Shown here: positions 48,644-63,909 of the stretch, piece by piece | How positions within the stretch are numbered: the stretch's first letter is position 1 | Layout: each line of letters begins with the position of its first letter | Assembly: GCF_009914755.1 (NCBI RefSeq) | Contig: NC_060944.1 | Length of the DNA: 64,000 nt | Source: the human T2T-CHM13v2.0 reference genome, Homo sapiens | Strand: one strand, 5' to 3' | Program-made: the position numbers and the translations under genes | Notes under the pieces: generated by a model | Told to the model about the DNA's origin: nothing | The model's database searches: none | The model's input: only the letters and a program-made list of their open reading frames with translations

Positions 48644-49777
48644 ATCTAAATTGTTATTAATAGACTTTATTTTTTAGAACAGTTGTAGAGAAGCGTTGAG
48701 CCCACAGGACAGCGGCTCCATGGTGTCTCCTGGCCCTCACCTGTTAATAACAGGTGTCTCCCTGTTATTAACATTTTGCATTAGTGTGGTACATTGTTAC
48801 AATTAATGAGCCAATATTGATACATTATTAAGGAAAGTCTGCAGTTTATATTAGGGTTCATCAGTCTTGTACCTTCTGTGGGTTTGGACAAATGTGTAAT
48901 GTCCTATATCTACCATCCCAGGATCCTGCAGAAGAGTTTCATTGCCCTAAAAAATCCTTGGAGCTCCACCTGTTTATTCCTCCCTCCCCACAACCCCTGG
49001 CACCCACTGATCCTCTTACTGTCTTTCCAGTTTGTCTTACCCAGAACGTCACACAGCTGGGATTATACCGTATGCAGCCTTTTCAGACCAGCTTCTTTCC
49101 CTTCGCAGTATGTAGTTGAGGTTTCTCCCTGTCTTTTCATGGCTTGATAGCTTGTTCTTTTTACGGCTGAATAATATTCCATTATCTGGATGTCCCCCAG
49201 CTTGTTTATTCACTCAGCTATTGATGGACATCTTGGTTTTTGGCATTTATGAAGAAGGCTGCTATAAACATACATGTGCAGGTTTCTGTGTGGCTTTCAC
49301 CCCTTTGGGAGTAGAAATGCCAAGGAGGGCGATCGTTGGAACACGTGGTAAGGATACGTTGAGCTTTGTAGGAAGTTGCCAAAGTGCCTTCCAGCACGGC
49401 TGCGCCATTTTGAATTCCCAGCAGCCACGGGTGAGGGCGGTTCTGTTGCTCCGCAGCCTTGCCAGCGTTTGGTGTCGTCAGGATCTTGGTTTTGGTTTTT
49501 GTAGCCATTCTCATTTGATCTCATTGTTTTAATCGACATTTCTCTAATGACATATGATGTGGAGCATTTTTCTTGTGCTTATTTTTCCATTGCTACGTCT
49601 TCTTTGATGAGGTGTCTATTCAGATGTTTTGCCCATTTCTTCATGTTTGTTTCCTTATTGTTGAGTTGTAAAAGTTCTTTATATATTTTGGATAACACTC
49701 CTTTATCAAGTATTTTGCAAATATTTTTTCCTAGGCTGTATCTTGTCTTCTCATTCGTTTAACAGTGTCATTTTTAG

Positions 49778-50270
<493 letters not shown>

Positions 50271-50538
50271 TAAATAAAATGTGTTATTATCTATAAATTG
50301 TATTATCTTGCATTTTATATTAAGGTCTGTGAGGCCTTTTGAGTTAATTATCCTGAAAGGTATAAGACCCATTTTTTTCTACATGTGGATGTCAGTTGTT
50401 CCAGCACCATCTGTTGAAAGACAGTCTTTTCAACATCAATAACTTTTGCTTCTTTCTCAAAGATCATTTGCCCATGCATGTGTCCGTCCACTTCTGGGCT
50501 CTCTTTTCTGTTCCATTGGAATATTTGTCTGTTCTTTA

Positions 50539-50856
<318 letters not shown>

Positions 50857-52324
50857 ATTACACTGTACCGATAACTGGGGCTTTATAGCAAGTGTTGAAA
50901 TCGGTAGTGTCCATCCTGTGAACTCACAGTATGACGTTAAATAGGAGTGAGGATAGGGGGCCTCCCTGCCTCCTTCCCTATCTTAGGAAGAAAAGCTTCA
51001 GGTTTGTCACCATTGAGTATGACATGGGCTGTAGGTTTTTAGTAGATGTTCTCTACCAAGCTGAGGGAGTTCCCTTGTATTCCTGGCTTGTGAAAGGTTT
51101 TTCTCACAGATGGGTGTTGGGTTTTGGAAAATAGTTCCTGTTGCCATGATGGATTTCGATAATCTGTTTCCGAACCCTGGAGCAGCCTCGCATGCCTGGA
51201 ATAAATCCTGTGCTGTCTAATTCTTACCATGTAGCGCTGCATGAGATTCGCTGCTATTTGTGTAATTCTTAGTATGTGGTGCTGGTTGGGAAATCCTGTG
51301 GTGTATAATTCTTAGTATGTGATGCTGGATTTGCTGCTGTTTTGTTGAGGGTTTTTGCATCTGTGTTCATGAGACATCCTGGTCTGCGTTTTCCTTTCTT
51401 GTAACATCCTCGGTTTTGTTATTGGGGTAATGCCGGCCTCGTAGAGTGAGTTATAAAGTGTTCCTCTGCTTCTATTTCCTGGAAGAGACTGTAGAGAGTA
51501 TCTATCATCTGTTCCTTAAATGCAAGGTAGAATTCTAAGTCCGTGTCCCTGCGTGGCTCCAGGCACGCTGGTTCCCCATCTGACCCTCCGCTTGCTTTTC
51601 CTCGGGCTCTCCCTGCCTGGGCCTGGAGGACCACAGCGGGCACAGGGGGCGGCTCAGGCTGAGAACCAACGGCGCTGACGTCGCCTAAAGGGGGTTCCCA
51701 GCTGGCAGCCTCCAGGTGCTGGAATGTTTCTCGGTGAGAAGCCGCCACGGGAGTCTGTGGACTTGTCACATCACCCGCAGGCGTGGCCCTGAGGCCACGT
51801 ATCCAAGCAGCAGTGCCGTGCATATTCATGTCGGCATTGGACTTGCAAATTCTGAGTGAAGTAAATGTCATCGGCAGTGTGTAGACGTTCTTTCGGAAGA
51901 AGATCTGTCAGAGAAAATGCAAGCTGATTACCAGCCTAACAGAGAAATGTGCATCCCGGTCCCCGCAGGGCCACCCTGGAGGCACCTCTGCACCTCCCAG
52001 GCACAGCTCTGGGAAGGCTGAAAATTAGCACCAATTAGGGAAGAATGAAGCTCTTGGTTCCCTCCTGAAGCACTTGGTTGAAGCTTGCTGCGCTCCTTTC
52101 CGGGAGCAAATGAGCATCTCTCGGGACAGTTGTGTTTCCCTTGGGCAGGGAGCCACTGGCAGCTCCCCAGTGGGAATCGTGCCTTCTAGTCCAGATTTCC
52201 ACTTTGGAAAGGGAAGGTTCTAGAAAGTTCTGGAAAGCTCGGCTGTGGCTGACTCCTGGCTTAGGGCTCAGGCCTGTCTCACCTAGCAATGCAGGGTGAG
52301 CCATGTGGGCTGGCTTCTGGGGAT

Positions 52325-52520
52325 GGGGAGGAGAGATACACACATGGAGAAAAAGAGGGAGATAGAGAAGAGAGAGGGAGAGAGAAAAGGAAAGAGAGGA
52401 GAGAGGGAAAGGCAGAGAGAGAAACAGAGGGAGAAACACAAAGAGAGGGAGAGAAGGAGAGAGAGACACAGAGAGAAAGGGAGGAACAGAGGAGAGAGAG
52501 GGGAGGAGGGGGAGGGAGAC
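52325..52520. repeat. (GA)-rich purine tract
   Basis: About 190 bp of GAGA/GAAA/GGGA. Confidence 0.9.
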
Positions 52521-53345
52521 AGCACCCTCTTCTCCCTACCCTTGCCTGGGGTCTCAGCTGAGAGAGGGAAGGCTCTGTGCTGGGGAAGAGGCCTCCAGCA
52601 GGGAGTAGTGACTGATGAATGTATGATTGCTACTTTATCTCAATAGAGGATTCGAACAGCCCCCAGGCAGGGTCGCATTTTAAATGATGGTTTTGGGTGC
52701 TGAGCCAGCCCAGCTTGGAGGGGGTTTCGTTTCACAGATGAGGAGCCTGAGGCTGGGGGAAGCCACTTGCTCAGATGCACACGGCTGGGGCCGGCGGCAG
52801 GTTTGCCCGACCTCGAGTCTGCGCTTCTCATCCTGGAAGCGACCGCCTTGTCCCCTGCGCAGCCTCCTTCTCTGGCTCAGCCACGTGGGTTACTACTGAG
52901 TTCACTCTTCAGCCCTGGTGGGGGACGGGCAAGAGATGGGGCGTGAGGGGCGGGCGGAGGCAGCGAGGTCTGGGATGAGAGCTTTTCTGGAGCCTTCTCT
53001 GGAGTGTGACCCCCTTCCCCGCAAAAAAAAAAAAAAATCTTGGCTCAGCTCTTGGGCTTCGGTGCAGTAGGGGCTTTGTGGCCGATGCAGAGGAAGCCGA
53101 GCTCTGCTCCTGGAAGGACGTGGCCCCTTGTCTTACCCAGGCTTCATTTTGGGGCCATCTTTTTAGGTGGTTGAAAATGAGTAACTCATTCTTGACCTTG
53201 TGCAATGCCCACGCCCTGTGTCCGGGGCTGACCTGGAGGCTCTGGGTTCTCTGCTGAGCAGAGCTGGGGCCAAGACCACCCCTGGGGAGCGAGGAGCAGG
53301 CGCTGGTGTGCCTGGCCCAGGTGGCTTCCCATAAAAGCTGCAGGC

Positions 53346-53645
53346 AGCCCTGTCTAATGTGGCAGCCCTGGGCCACACGTGGCCACTGGGCATTGAGACA
53401 TGGCTGGTCTGAGTGAAGATGAGCTTCAGCCTGAAATCCGCACCGGGTTTTAGAGTTAATGCGGAAAGGCGGTATACAATAGCTCACTAATACCGTTGCA
53501 AGTTGATATGATATTTTGAATACATTAAGTTAAATAAGATATCGTATTAAAATTATCATAGCTGTTTCCTTCCACTTTTGTAACATAGCTACTGGTACAT
53601 TTAAGCCTCACGTGGCCTGCATCCTATTTCCACGGGACTGTGCTG
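53346..53645. mobile_element. MER33/MER3-like hAT-Charlie element
   Basis: CAG.CTGTC.AAT.TGG.AGCC...GCCAC..GTGGC start, GATATTTTG.ATA.ATT..GTTAAATAA core, and ..GGAC.GTGCTG end. Confidence 0.7.
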
Positions 53646-55480
53646 CCCGAGCCCCTCCCTGCTGATGAGAAGCAGCCCTCGGGTGGCTTTGGGGTGTGTC
53701 CAGAGCCTGTACAGCCTCCCCTTGGGGTGGGGTGCCGCGTGCGGGGTGCCAGGCACCAGCCGGTGCTGAGGCCCCATGTGGAGGCAGCCCTGCATGATGG
53801 GCAGCAACCAGTGGGGTGCCATCGTGTGCGGTGACGTGCACACTAAAGAAAGACGCTCAGCTCCCTCCTCTGCCCCGCCTGGCCGCCAGCTCAGTGCCAA
53901 AACCATGGTTAGGGGGTGGGAGGCCACGGGTGCCCTTGGGGACCTACCAGGCCTGCAGGGTCCTTGGCAGAGGGGCAGTGCCTGGCACCAGGAGGACACT
54001 GTGCTGGAAGGTCAGCCTGTTCCCACAGCCAGGGATGTGGGGCTCCCAGGTAGCCCCATTCATAGTTATTTGAATTGCTGTGATGGAGGCAGGCGGAAGA
54101 GGTGGGACTGCGAGGGAAGGCAGGGGCCCCCCGGGGAGAGAGTGGGTGCCTCCTTCCCTTTCCTCAAAGCCCAACGGCCTTGCAGTGAGACTGCCACTAT
54201 ACAACAAAGAGCCAGCACCGCTGTGCACGCTGGAGTCTCACAGATGAGCCGATTATGTCTTTGTGACAAACACATTATTAGGAGTGAGATGAATTCCTTC
54301 TGTGGGCGGGGATGATTCAGAGAGAGGCGTCCCAGCCCCAGGAACAGCCTCCCCGCAAGGTGGCCTCAGCCTCCCCCATGCTCCCCTGGAGGCCGCTCCC
54401 TGGCTTGGGGGGTGGGTAACACGGGAGTCCCCCCGACACGGCGAGGTGAGCTCACCTCCTGAGGCTGGCGTGCAGGGAAGTAGGAAAGGGCACACACTGC
54501 GACCGGGGACCAGGGACAGGGTCTTCCCCGCTGTGACCTGTGGGGCTGTGCAGGGGGCGGGAGCAGCCCCCATCCCAAAAGGAAATGGGACAGGAGTTGC
54601 CAAGAACAGTTCTCCTTACCCTCCAATTCCTCATGGGTTCAGCACTTTCTCTGAGGGGGTCTGGTCTGAATCCCAAATTCAGATTCTGTATTCAACTGTT
54701 CCCTTCATTACAAAGAACAAATTTCCGAGCCCAGTAATTCCCGTTTAAATTTGTCAATTTTCATCCCTCGATAGAAATCAGTACGTGGTGATCACAAAAG
54801 CCGGGGTATTAGCCCAGTGGACAGTTTGTTCTGAAACTTGTCCCTTCGGGGCAGGGCCTGGGTTAGGAGGCCTGAGATCTGCCTGGAGCCTGGGGTGCCT
54901 CGGGCAGGGGCATCGTGGCTGGGGATTCTCTGCACTTGCCCCATGGAGCAGGGCGGGAAGGGAAGCCAGGCTCCTTTCCCTGTCTGGGTCTGGGGCTGCT
55001 GCCCTTGGCAGCTGGGGAGACCCTGGGACCCCAGAGGCAGAGCCCCACTCTCTGTACCCTCAGGCGCAATGCCCTGAAAGACAGGCGCCACTTTGTCTTC
55101 AGAAAGGCAGGAACCAAACCCCTCTCACAGTTCCAGAAGCTTCCCTGAGTCCCAGTTTAGACGCAGAATCTCCTCTGTGGATCACTCCAACTGGGGAACC
55201 AGGAGAGGGGGTTTGGGAGAGGAGGGAAGCGGCTTCCACCTGTGGGTGGGGCAAAGAGAGGGCTCCCAGCTATGCAGGGCGGGCCCAAACCTCCAGCAGA
55301 GCCCCTTTCCCAGCGAGGACTCCGAGGACTCCGAGGCCCTGGCCTGTGGCTCCCAGGGAACAACCTGGACCCTCAGCATAGGACCCGCAAGCTGAGACCC
55401 TCCTCTGTTTTACTGCTTCATTTTCCATCTGTGACCAGGGCCCAGGCCACATGCACACACCTGGCGTAGGAGTTACTTCG

Positions 55481-55842
55481 TGATGTGTTTGGCTGTGTCC
55501 CCACCCAAAATCTCATGGGAATTGTAATCCCCATAATGCCCCGTGTCAAGGGCAGGACCAGGGGGAGGTGACTGGATCGTGGGGGCGGTTCCCCCAGGCA
55601 GTTCTTGTGAGAGTGAATCTCATGAGATCTGATGGTTTTAGAAGCGTCTGGCGTTTGCCCTGCTGTCACTCACACCGTCCTGCTGCCCAGTGAAGAAAGT
55701 GCCTGCTTCTCCCTCCACCATGATTGTAGGTCTCCTGAGGCTCCCCCAGCCCTGCAGAACTGTGAGTCAATTCAACCTCTTTCCTTTATAAACTACACAG
55801 TCTCGGCAGTTCTTTAGAGCAGTGCGAAAATGGACTCACACA
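55481..55842 (+). mobile_element. THE1 (THE1D-like) MaLR solo LTR
   Basis: TGAT.TGTTTGGCTGTGTCCCCACCCAAA ... AACTGTGAGTCAATT ... AAATGGACT.A.ACA. TSD CTTCG/CTTGG (4 of 5 match). Confidence 0.9.
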
Positions 55843-55889
55843 CTTGGCCTGGGCCCAGTCTTTCCCGGATGGATGGTGCGATGATCAGC

Positions 55890-56108
55890 CCCGTGTTTGT
55901 GAGGACAGGGCCAACCCAGACCCACCTGGAGTTGTAAAGTTTCATCAGCACTCAGCCCCACCTGCTCATGTACGTACTGCTATGGCTGTGTTGGCCACAG
56001 CGGCCACAGTGAGTGGTTCTGCTCAAAAGTTGAGATCCTCCGGCCCACGAAGCCACAGTGACTCACTCTCTGGACCTTCACAGAAAGCATTCACCCACCC
56101 CACCCTAG
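55890..56108. mobile_element. MER58-like hAT fragment
   Basis: TGTAAAGTTT...CTATGGCTG...GGCCCAC.AAGCC...ACT.TCTGG.CCTT.ACAGAAA. Confidence 0.6.
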
Positions 56109-56883
56109 GATGCGTGTCCAGAGGTGAAATGGCTCCCTCCGTGCAGTCGGAGAGCCCCTTGACTCACGGCTGCACCCCTGCTCATCAGGCACAGCGGCAG
56201 GCACGTGACCTCTGTGGGGCCACTTGTCCTACTTGCAGGGAGGGGCCGAGCATGGGATGCAGCATCCACGCCTGCACTTAAACGAGCCCTCTGTGGCCTT
56301 GCCCCACTCGGCCTGAGGAGAGCCTGGAGAGAGATGCCGTCCCTGCCTGGGCGCTGCGATCCTCCTTCCTTCCCACCTGCTCTCGTCCCCACATCTGCCC
56401 ATCGCCAGGTCCAGCCCCGGATGCAGGCCACACCTGGGTCCCTCCCTGGCCCCACCCCTGAGAGCAAACCCAGAATGCAGTTGTGGCTGCAGCGGCCTCC
56501 TGCTTTACCTCCTGCTGCTGCTTCCCACTTCTGAGCTGCTCCAAGTCCAGGATTGATGACCTGACCCCTGCCCCCGGTCCTCCCCACCCCCCACACCCCT
56601 GCACCACCTCACACACTCTTACCTCCTTCCTCCTGGCCCACAGATGCCCTTCAGCCCTGCAGCCTCTGCGTAAAGCTCCCTCCTCTGGAAAATGGCCCCT
56701 TATCTCCCCCAGACCACGCTGCATGCCCCCTGGTCCTCCGCAACAGCCGCATCCCTTTCCCTGCAGTGCCCATCTGCCCACGTCTGCCCCCCTCCCCCTC
56801 CTCTGCCTATGCCAGGTGCCTTGGATGCATCAGGTGCACCGTCAGGGCTTTTGAAGGCTCCACGAGGCGGGCCTGGGCACGCA

Positions 56884-56989
56884 GTGCACGCAGAGGGTGA
56901 TGGAGGGTGCTAGATGGCCGGCCTGGATGAACCCAGGTGCACGCAGAGGGTGACGGAGGGTGCTAGATGGCCGGCCTGGATGAACCCAG
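56884..56989. repeat. ~52-bp tandem duplication
   Basis: GTGCACGCAGAGGGTGAYGGAGGGTGCTAGATGGCCGGCCTGGATGAACCCAG occurs twice. Confidence 0.9.
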
Positions 56990-58980
56990 GGACAGGGACA
57001 GACAAGGCAGGTGCAGCCACTGAGTTCTGGAACATTCCAAGAAGAGTCAGGCAAACTACTCCCTGCTCAGGTCTGCAGCCCGGCTTGGGGAGAAGCCTGC
57101 AGCTGTGGGGTCAGCCTCCCAGCTGCCAGCAGTAATAGCCCGAGCCATGGGGAGGCCTCGTTTCCTAAAAAGGCCTCAGCTGCCGCTGCGTTCCTGCAGG
57201 GTGGAAGGACAGGCTGATGACCACCAGCGAAGTATCATGAAAATCTCCCGGCGAGCCTATGAGCCGTACATTTGTCTCTCTCTAGAGACAGGCTTCTCCT
57301 GGAGCCAATCAGCCCTCTGGCTTTCATGGGCTCCTACCTTGCAAGGTGGCCACAGGCCTCAGCCGTGCCTGTGTTGGCAGGGAGCCCTGTGCACTGCCTC
57401 TCTTCTGCCCGCGGGGTTAGCATGGCAGGAACCCGGGCTGGAGGCTGGGAACACGTCCAGGCTCGCGCTGGTCCTCGAGGTGGCTCCAGCCTTGCTGCTC
57501 TTGGCAGCAGAGATGGCGGAGGGTCTAGGTCTCAGGCCAGAGATCTCCAAAATGGACCAGCCCATCCCCTTCCATCATGAGGAGGAGACAGGGCCAGCAC
57601 GAGAAGGGAAATATGCTCAGGGTCACTCAGCGAGGCCAAAATCCTGGGCTGCCTTGTTCTTGACTCTAGGATCTAGAAATGGGAAAGCTGGGACTTGTCG
57701 CCTCCCCAGTGATCTATCTTTTACACACGCGTGTTTTCATGCACTGAGCCATTCATAAAACAGAAAAGCCAAGCCTCCTCACTGTTGTAAAGGAAAGCCC
57801 TGCGTGGCTGTGAGGGAGACGCGTGTGGAACCTCATGTCGTGTGGCGCCGTTGGGGACCCGTTGGGCTCTTGAGACTGAACCGGGACAGGCTGAGAGGCT
57901 CTCCAGGACACTTCCGGGCAGCAGGCCCCCTCTGGCTGTGCTTGACCCTGGCCCCTGGGCCCTCTTGGTTCACCAAGTCTCCCACGTCCTATGCTCTTGA
58001 GATCCCAGACTCGGCACTGGATGGGGTGGCCCTGGGTCCCACTGCTGTTCCAGAGCACTGGCCCTTCCTTTCGGCCACTCAGGGTAGAGGCTGGAGCCCC
58101 TGGAATCACACAGAAGGGGCCTGGCTGAAGCACAAAGGGTGGAGATCTGGGGTTAAGCCAGAGCCTGGGGCCCCCTGAGCCCAGGGGCTGGGCAGCTGGG
58201 GAAGCAAGGAGAGCCAGGTGTCACTGAGTCAGTCCCTCCCATGCAGGTACTTGGGGGTGTGAGGGGCCGCCCCCGGCCTTCCTCTCTCACCCCTACGGCC
58301 TCTTCCGGTGGGTGAGGACACTTGGCTCTGTGTGTTCACCATAATCAGATTCACCACAACAGGGCAGAACACTAATTCCACTGACACCGCTGAGATGCTG
58401 TGTAGAGCCAGATGTCTGTGGGACACGGCGGCCAGCTTTGCCAGGGCGTGGCCACTAGGCGCTGGGAGGGGCAGGATGTGCCTGATGCCCATATGTCTGC
58501 ATGGCAGAAAAGCACACAGAGAACCGTGGGGCTGGAGGTGCAGCGGCCGGCGACGGCCAGAACTGGAGAACAGGCCGGCGGGGTGCGGGACGCATATGCT
58601 GTCCCGCAGGCAACTGGGAACACTTGCTCTTTTCCAAATCTGTGCTCTGACATGGAAAGTTAAGTCGTGCTGGGACTGCTGGCCCCTGGCCGCACCGCCT
58701 CGTCCCCAGCTGCAGGGCCTCCCCCTTGATCACAGCAGCTCCTCCTTGGTCACAGCTGGGGCTTTGCACAAACTCCCCGGAAACCCAGGGCTTGCGTTTG
58801 CAGGTCTCTGGGCTTTTCCTGCATGGAGCAGAGAACTTTTCCGGATGGTGTGGCTTTTTTCAAGGAACCGGGCTCCAAAGCGCTCTGTGCTAAGTGTGTT
58901 AGCTCCACTTCTGATCTGTCACGTTAGTGCCCTGCGTTTTAGAAAAGTATGAACGAAAGCCTCAGCAAACCGGATCGAAC

Positions 58981-59280
58981 GGGCTCATTCGCAGCCATAG
59001 GGTGAGCGGCAGGCAGATCTTACAAGCCGTGCAGGCCGGAAGGAAAAGGGTTGTGGGGCTCATTCTTAGTCATAGGGTGAGCGGCAGGCAGATCTTATAA
59101 GCCGCACAGGCCGGAAGGAAAAGGGTTGTGGGGCTCATTCTTAGTCATAGGGTGAGCGGCAGGCAGATCTTACAAGCCGTGCAGGCCGGAGGGAAAAGGG
59201 TTGTGGGGCTCATTCTTAGTCATAGGGTGAGCGGGAGACAGATCTTACAAGCCGTGCAGGCGGGAGGGAAAAGGGTTGTG
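58981..59280. repeat. 75-bp VNTR x4
   Basis: CATAGGGTGAGCGG at 58996, 59071, 59146, 59221. Confidence 0.95.
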
Positions 59281-59880
59281 CCGACAGTCTGAGGGTGGAG
59301 ACCAGAGCTGTGGACTCGAGCCCAGGGGAGCCCCCACCTGGCCACGGTTTCCTCATCTGAGAAACAGGAGTGCGAGGCCCTACCAGGGATCCTTCCCGCT
59401 CAGATCCCCAGAGAGGTGGGGGCCGTGACCGGGGCCAGAATTCCACCCCTCACTCACTGCTCTGCGCAGCCTCCTGGGCTTGTCAAGAGTTTTTAAAGCC
59501 CTGTCGTGCTTCCCAGCAGATGCCTTGTGGGTGTGAGCATTCTCATGGGCTTGAAGCTGGCAGATATTTGAAAACATGGCAGAGACCTGCAGCCCGCAGC
59601 CTCAACCGCTGGCTGTCACCTGCCGCTGCCTGTGATTTACTCTTGAGAAGTGCTGGAGCAGCTGAAAAGCAACTCGCCACCCCAGCACTGCCCTCAGAGT
59701 GACTAATGGGGCACACTGGGGTTCTGGGCCCCGGCCAGGCTCAGCGAGGGGAGGGCCGTTCCCGGGGCTGAGGGCCAGGGGCCTCCCCTCCTCCTGTCCT
59801 GGAGGGCACCTGCCCAGCACAGGTAGAGGAGGCAAGGGTGTCAGGAAGGCTCTTTCCCTAATCTGACTAAGGCCCTCTGG

Positions 59881-59945
59881 GCTAAGTCAGGGGTCTCCCG
59901 GCAGCCAGGCTGCTAAGTCAGGGGTCTCCCGGCAGCCAGGCTGCT
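59881..59945. repeat. ~32-bp tandem duplication
   Basis: GCTAAGTCAGGGGTCTCCCGGCAGCCAGGCT occurs twice. Confidence 0.9.
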
Positions 59946-62900
59946 GCCAGTCCCGCAGCTCAGCCGGGCACAGACAGGATGTGGCTTCCAGGGGCTTCTG
60001 TTCTGCCAAGTCCCCACTCAGACAATGGCCTCTATAGCTCCAGCAATCAGGAGGGAAAAGATTCCAACTCCCACACTCAGGGCTCCCTGCTGCCTGGAAG
60101 AGGAGAGGAGGGCAAACCTCTTGCAGAGGTGACGGGTGACTCACCAGCCCCGCTCAGAGGACGGGTCTGCAGGTGGCCAGAGTTCTCCTGATGGGGTCCT
60201 TGCCCCCAGCTGGCTTGGGGGTCCCTACACCGGCCCCCTGCCCCACACCATGTTCCTCCCACCCCATGTCTGTGCGCCCCTTCGAGCATGCCTGGGCATT
60301 GTCCATGGTACTGAACCCCTGAGGCTCCCTGGGGCTCTGGCATTCTCTTGAGCCTTTCCCAGAAATTCCAAACCAGAAGAAAAGTGCAGGGAACAGAGTG
60401 GAGGAGCCATGGACAGAGGCTGTGGGGCAGGCTCAGTCCCTGAGAGGTCGCCAAGGAGCCACAGCCTTGGACTAGATGCTCTCAAAACCTGGCAATGGCC
60501 CACAGAAGGCATCTGCTCAGGTGAGGTACATGCCACAAAGCTTCACCAGTGGGGATGAGGATCTGCTCATAGGATGGCCCCTGATGGAGGAAGTGGGAGC
60601 TCAGGCTGTGGGATCAGGCCCCTGGGTTCACAACTGTGCCTGGGTTTCTTTATCTACAAAAGGAGCCTGACAGGAGCCTCTGCCTCACAGATGAGACCTG
60701 TGTGCCTGAGGTGGTGCACACAGAGTATGTGTAGACCCCAGGACAGTCGATGTCAGCTAGAAAGTGAAGGTTAGAGGAATTCAAACCGTTATTTTTAATA
60801 CTGAGCCAAAACCTGCACATCAGAGCTCTCTGATGGAGGCGTGGACGGGGTCGTGAGGGGCCAAGTACTAGCCAGAAGCTGCGCCGTCCATTTCATCCCC
60901 TCCCCACAGTGGTCCCACAGACACCGAGGTGGCTGACATGGCCCCTCCAGGTCACACGCCTGTTCTCTCTCCAGTCCTGCCCTCAGGGACTCAGAAATGC
61001 TGGCGTTCCAGGAGGTGGTGTGTGGGCTCCTCCTCAGGCCAGGTCTGTGGTCACTGCTGACCACGCGGCAATGTACGGCTTTCCAGGCCCCCATCCACCA
61101 TGAGTCAGGCGTGTCCCCACTGGGCAGCAAGTCCCACAGCTTTGCATTCCAGATCCCAGCAGCATCTCGAGCCGGGCCTGGTACTGCTTAGATGCCTGGG
61201 AGGGAGGACCGAGGAAAGAGACTGGGGACTGAGGGACAGCACAGTATCCCAAGCTGGCCACTACCAGAACCTTCTAGAACAAGGTCACACTGGCAGTTCT
61301 TTATGCCTTCCGTCCTCTGCTCCCCAGACACCTGTTTACACAGGGCCCTAGGTCTCAGGTGTCCTGTGGGTGGCCGCTGCTTTTCCCTGGGTCCCTCCAT
61401 GGTGTCTCCTCTGAGGACAGCCACTGGTCAGAGCCTCCTGGATGACCTCACTCCTGGAAAGCGCTGGGCTGTGTCACCTTAAAGACCCCTTTGCTCTCTT
61501 GGCCCTGGCACCCCACCTCTGGCATGGGGAGCAGAGACCCACCAGGGTTCCCATCCCTCTCCCCGCAGTGTTTCCCCAGTTCCAGGGCTGTGAGGTGGTC
61601 ACAGTGGCTCTGGTGTGGCCGTGGGGTTCCTGTTCATCCCAGGGCACCTGTCACGGGACATACCCACAGCACAGGCAAGTGGAACGTTCTCTGAGTTTAG
61701 CTTTGTTTGTGTAGGTAGTTCACTGTGGGAGTCTAGCTTTTGGGGGACACACCTGAGACCCTCCCAGCTACCCTGCCCTCTCCCCAGATCAGCTCGGTAG
61801 GCTCCAATCCAGAGAGTCAGGCTGGGAGGGGAGCACGGAGCCGCCCCTGCTGGACACGTATCCCGGCCATCTCAGGCCCACCCATTGCCTCATTGCTCCC
61901 TGCCCCCGGTCCAGTCAGCTGAGTGCCCCGTGGTGTGGGTGCGTCATGCCATGGCGACCAGCCCCAAAGGGTGAGCCTTTGAGTTGTTCACCAATCATTG
62001 GGGTTTCGAACAAGCCTGTGCTGACGGCCCTGGCACACAGGGTTTCTGAATTAACTCTGCCATCGTTCCTGGCCTCAGCTGTGGTGGGGAAGGCAGTTCG
62101 GGGTCATGAGAACCCTGAGGGTTGCTCCCAAGTCAGTGTTTGCTGGGTCTAGTGGGGGCCTCTCCACCTGGAGTCTGTCTGGGAGGTTAGAAAAGACCGT
62201 CCGTGAGCCTGGGCCCTGCTGGGGCTGGTCATCTGCTCAGGGAGAGGGCGATCCCCTGCCAGCCCAGCAAGGCCACCCCAGCGGTCACCCCCTTGGGAGG
62301 GTGTGGACAGGAGCCTCCCCTCCCACCCGCCCCGCAGCCTCTGCAGCCATCTTACAAAGCCTCTGGGTTCTGCAAAGCAAAAGGGTTTTGCACCTTCCCA
62401 CTCAGCACAGGCTGGCTGCGGAGCCGGGAAGCAGTGTGCCAGTCTGGGGCTGTCTCTTGATCTAAACACAATGGGATGAATTAGAGAGAAAGGCAGAATA
62501 CAAAACAAGCAATTGCTCTCGAAGAGCGAGGTGAGAACGCCCTGCCTGAGGTCGAGGGGCTGAGGCCGGCTGTCTGGAGCCTGTGTCGGGGGCACCCTCC
62601 TGCTGTCTGGCTGTGCCCTCACCTGTGGGCAGGCATACCGTGTGCACCCCTCCCGCTCCCCACCTGGTCTCCACGGCCAAGCTCAGACCAACCACCCAGA
62701 GGCTGCGCCCCGGTCCAGATCCCCCTAACACACCTGCTGTTTCATTATCTAACCTTTCACTCCACCTCCGTCCTCCCCATCAAAATTACACATGCGAGGG
62801 GGCAGAGGCCAGGCTGTCCCTCCCATAGGTCCAGCCCCACCAGCCGTCGCCCCAGCGTGTCCCATCCCAGCCTCCCAAGCCGCAGTCCTGTGCCCCCCAA

Positions 62901-62994
62901 TTTGCTTCCTTTCCCACACCCAAGGGAGCACAGTCAGTGCTCCAGGAACTGAGGCAGCACCTCTAGGCTCGCTCTTTTAGAAATGAGGCTGAGG

Positions 62995-63464
<470 letters not shown>

Positions 63465-63909
63465 AGAAATGAGCCTGAGGCCCAGGAGGACCTGCCGAGC
63501 TCACAGCTGGCCAGGGAACAAGCCAGGCCCCCACTTCTGGCACCAAACCCCAGGCATTCGGCTGCTTCTGAGAGGCTTGAGGCCCTACCAACCACTCAAA
63601 CGCCATTCCCAGACCCAGACAGGGCTAGGAGGCAAGGGGTAGCAGCTGAGGGGTGCACACAGCAGAGGATACTGCCAGAAGCACGAATGAGATTCCCATG
63701 GAGGCAGCCCCACCTCCAGACCACCACGGCTGTCACAGCAGACACCCCTGTCTCCCACCATGACCTTCTGCTCTGGAACATCCACCCCTAAAACCTCAGA
63801 CCCAGCCACTGAGGCCCATGGCCCAGAGCCCAGCTACCCAGCCGGCTCCAGGGAGGGTGGCCCAGCCAGTTCCTGCCACCTGAGGATGTTGGTACACACA
63901 CCAGACTCA

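Noticed and set aside
48696-48718. RE1-like TTGAGCCCACAGGACAGCGGC
   Set aside because: About six mismatches to the 21-bp consensus, and it lies inside an L1 remnant.
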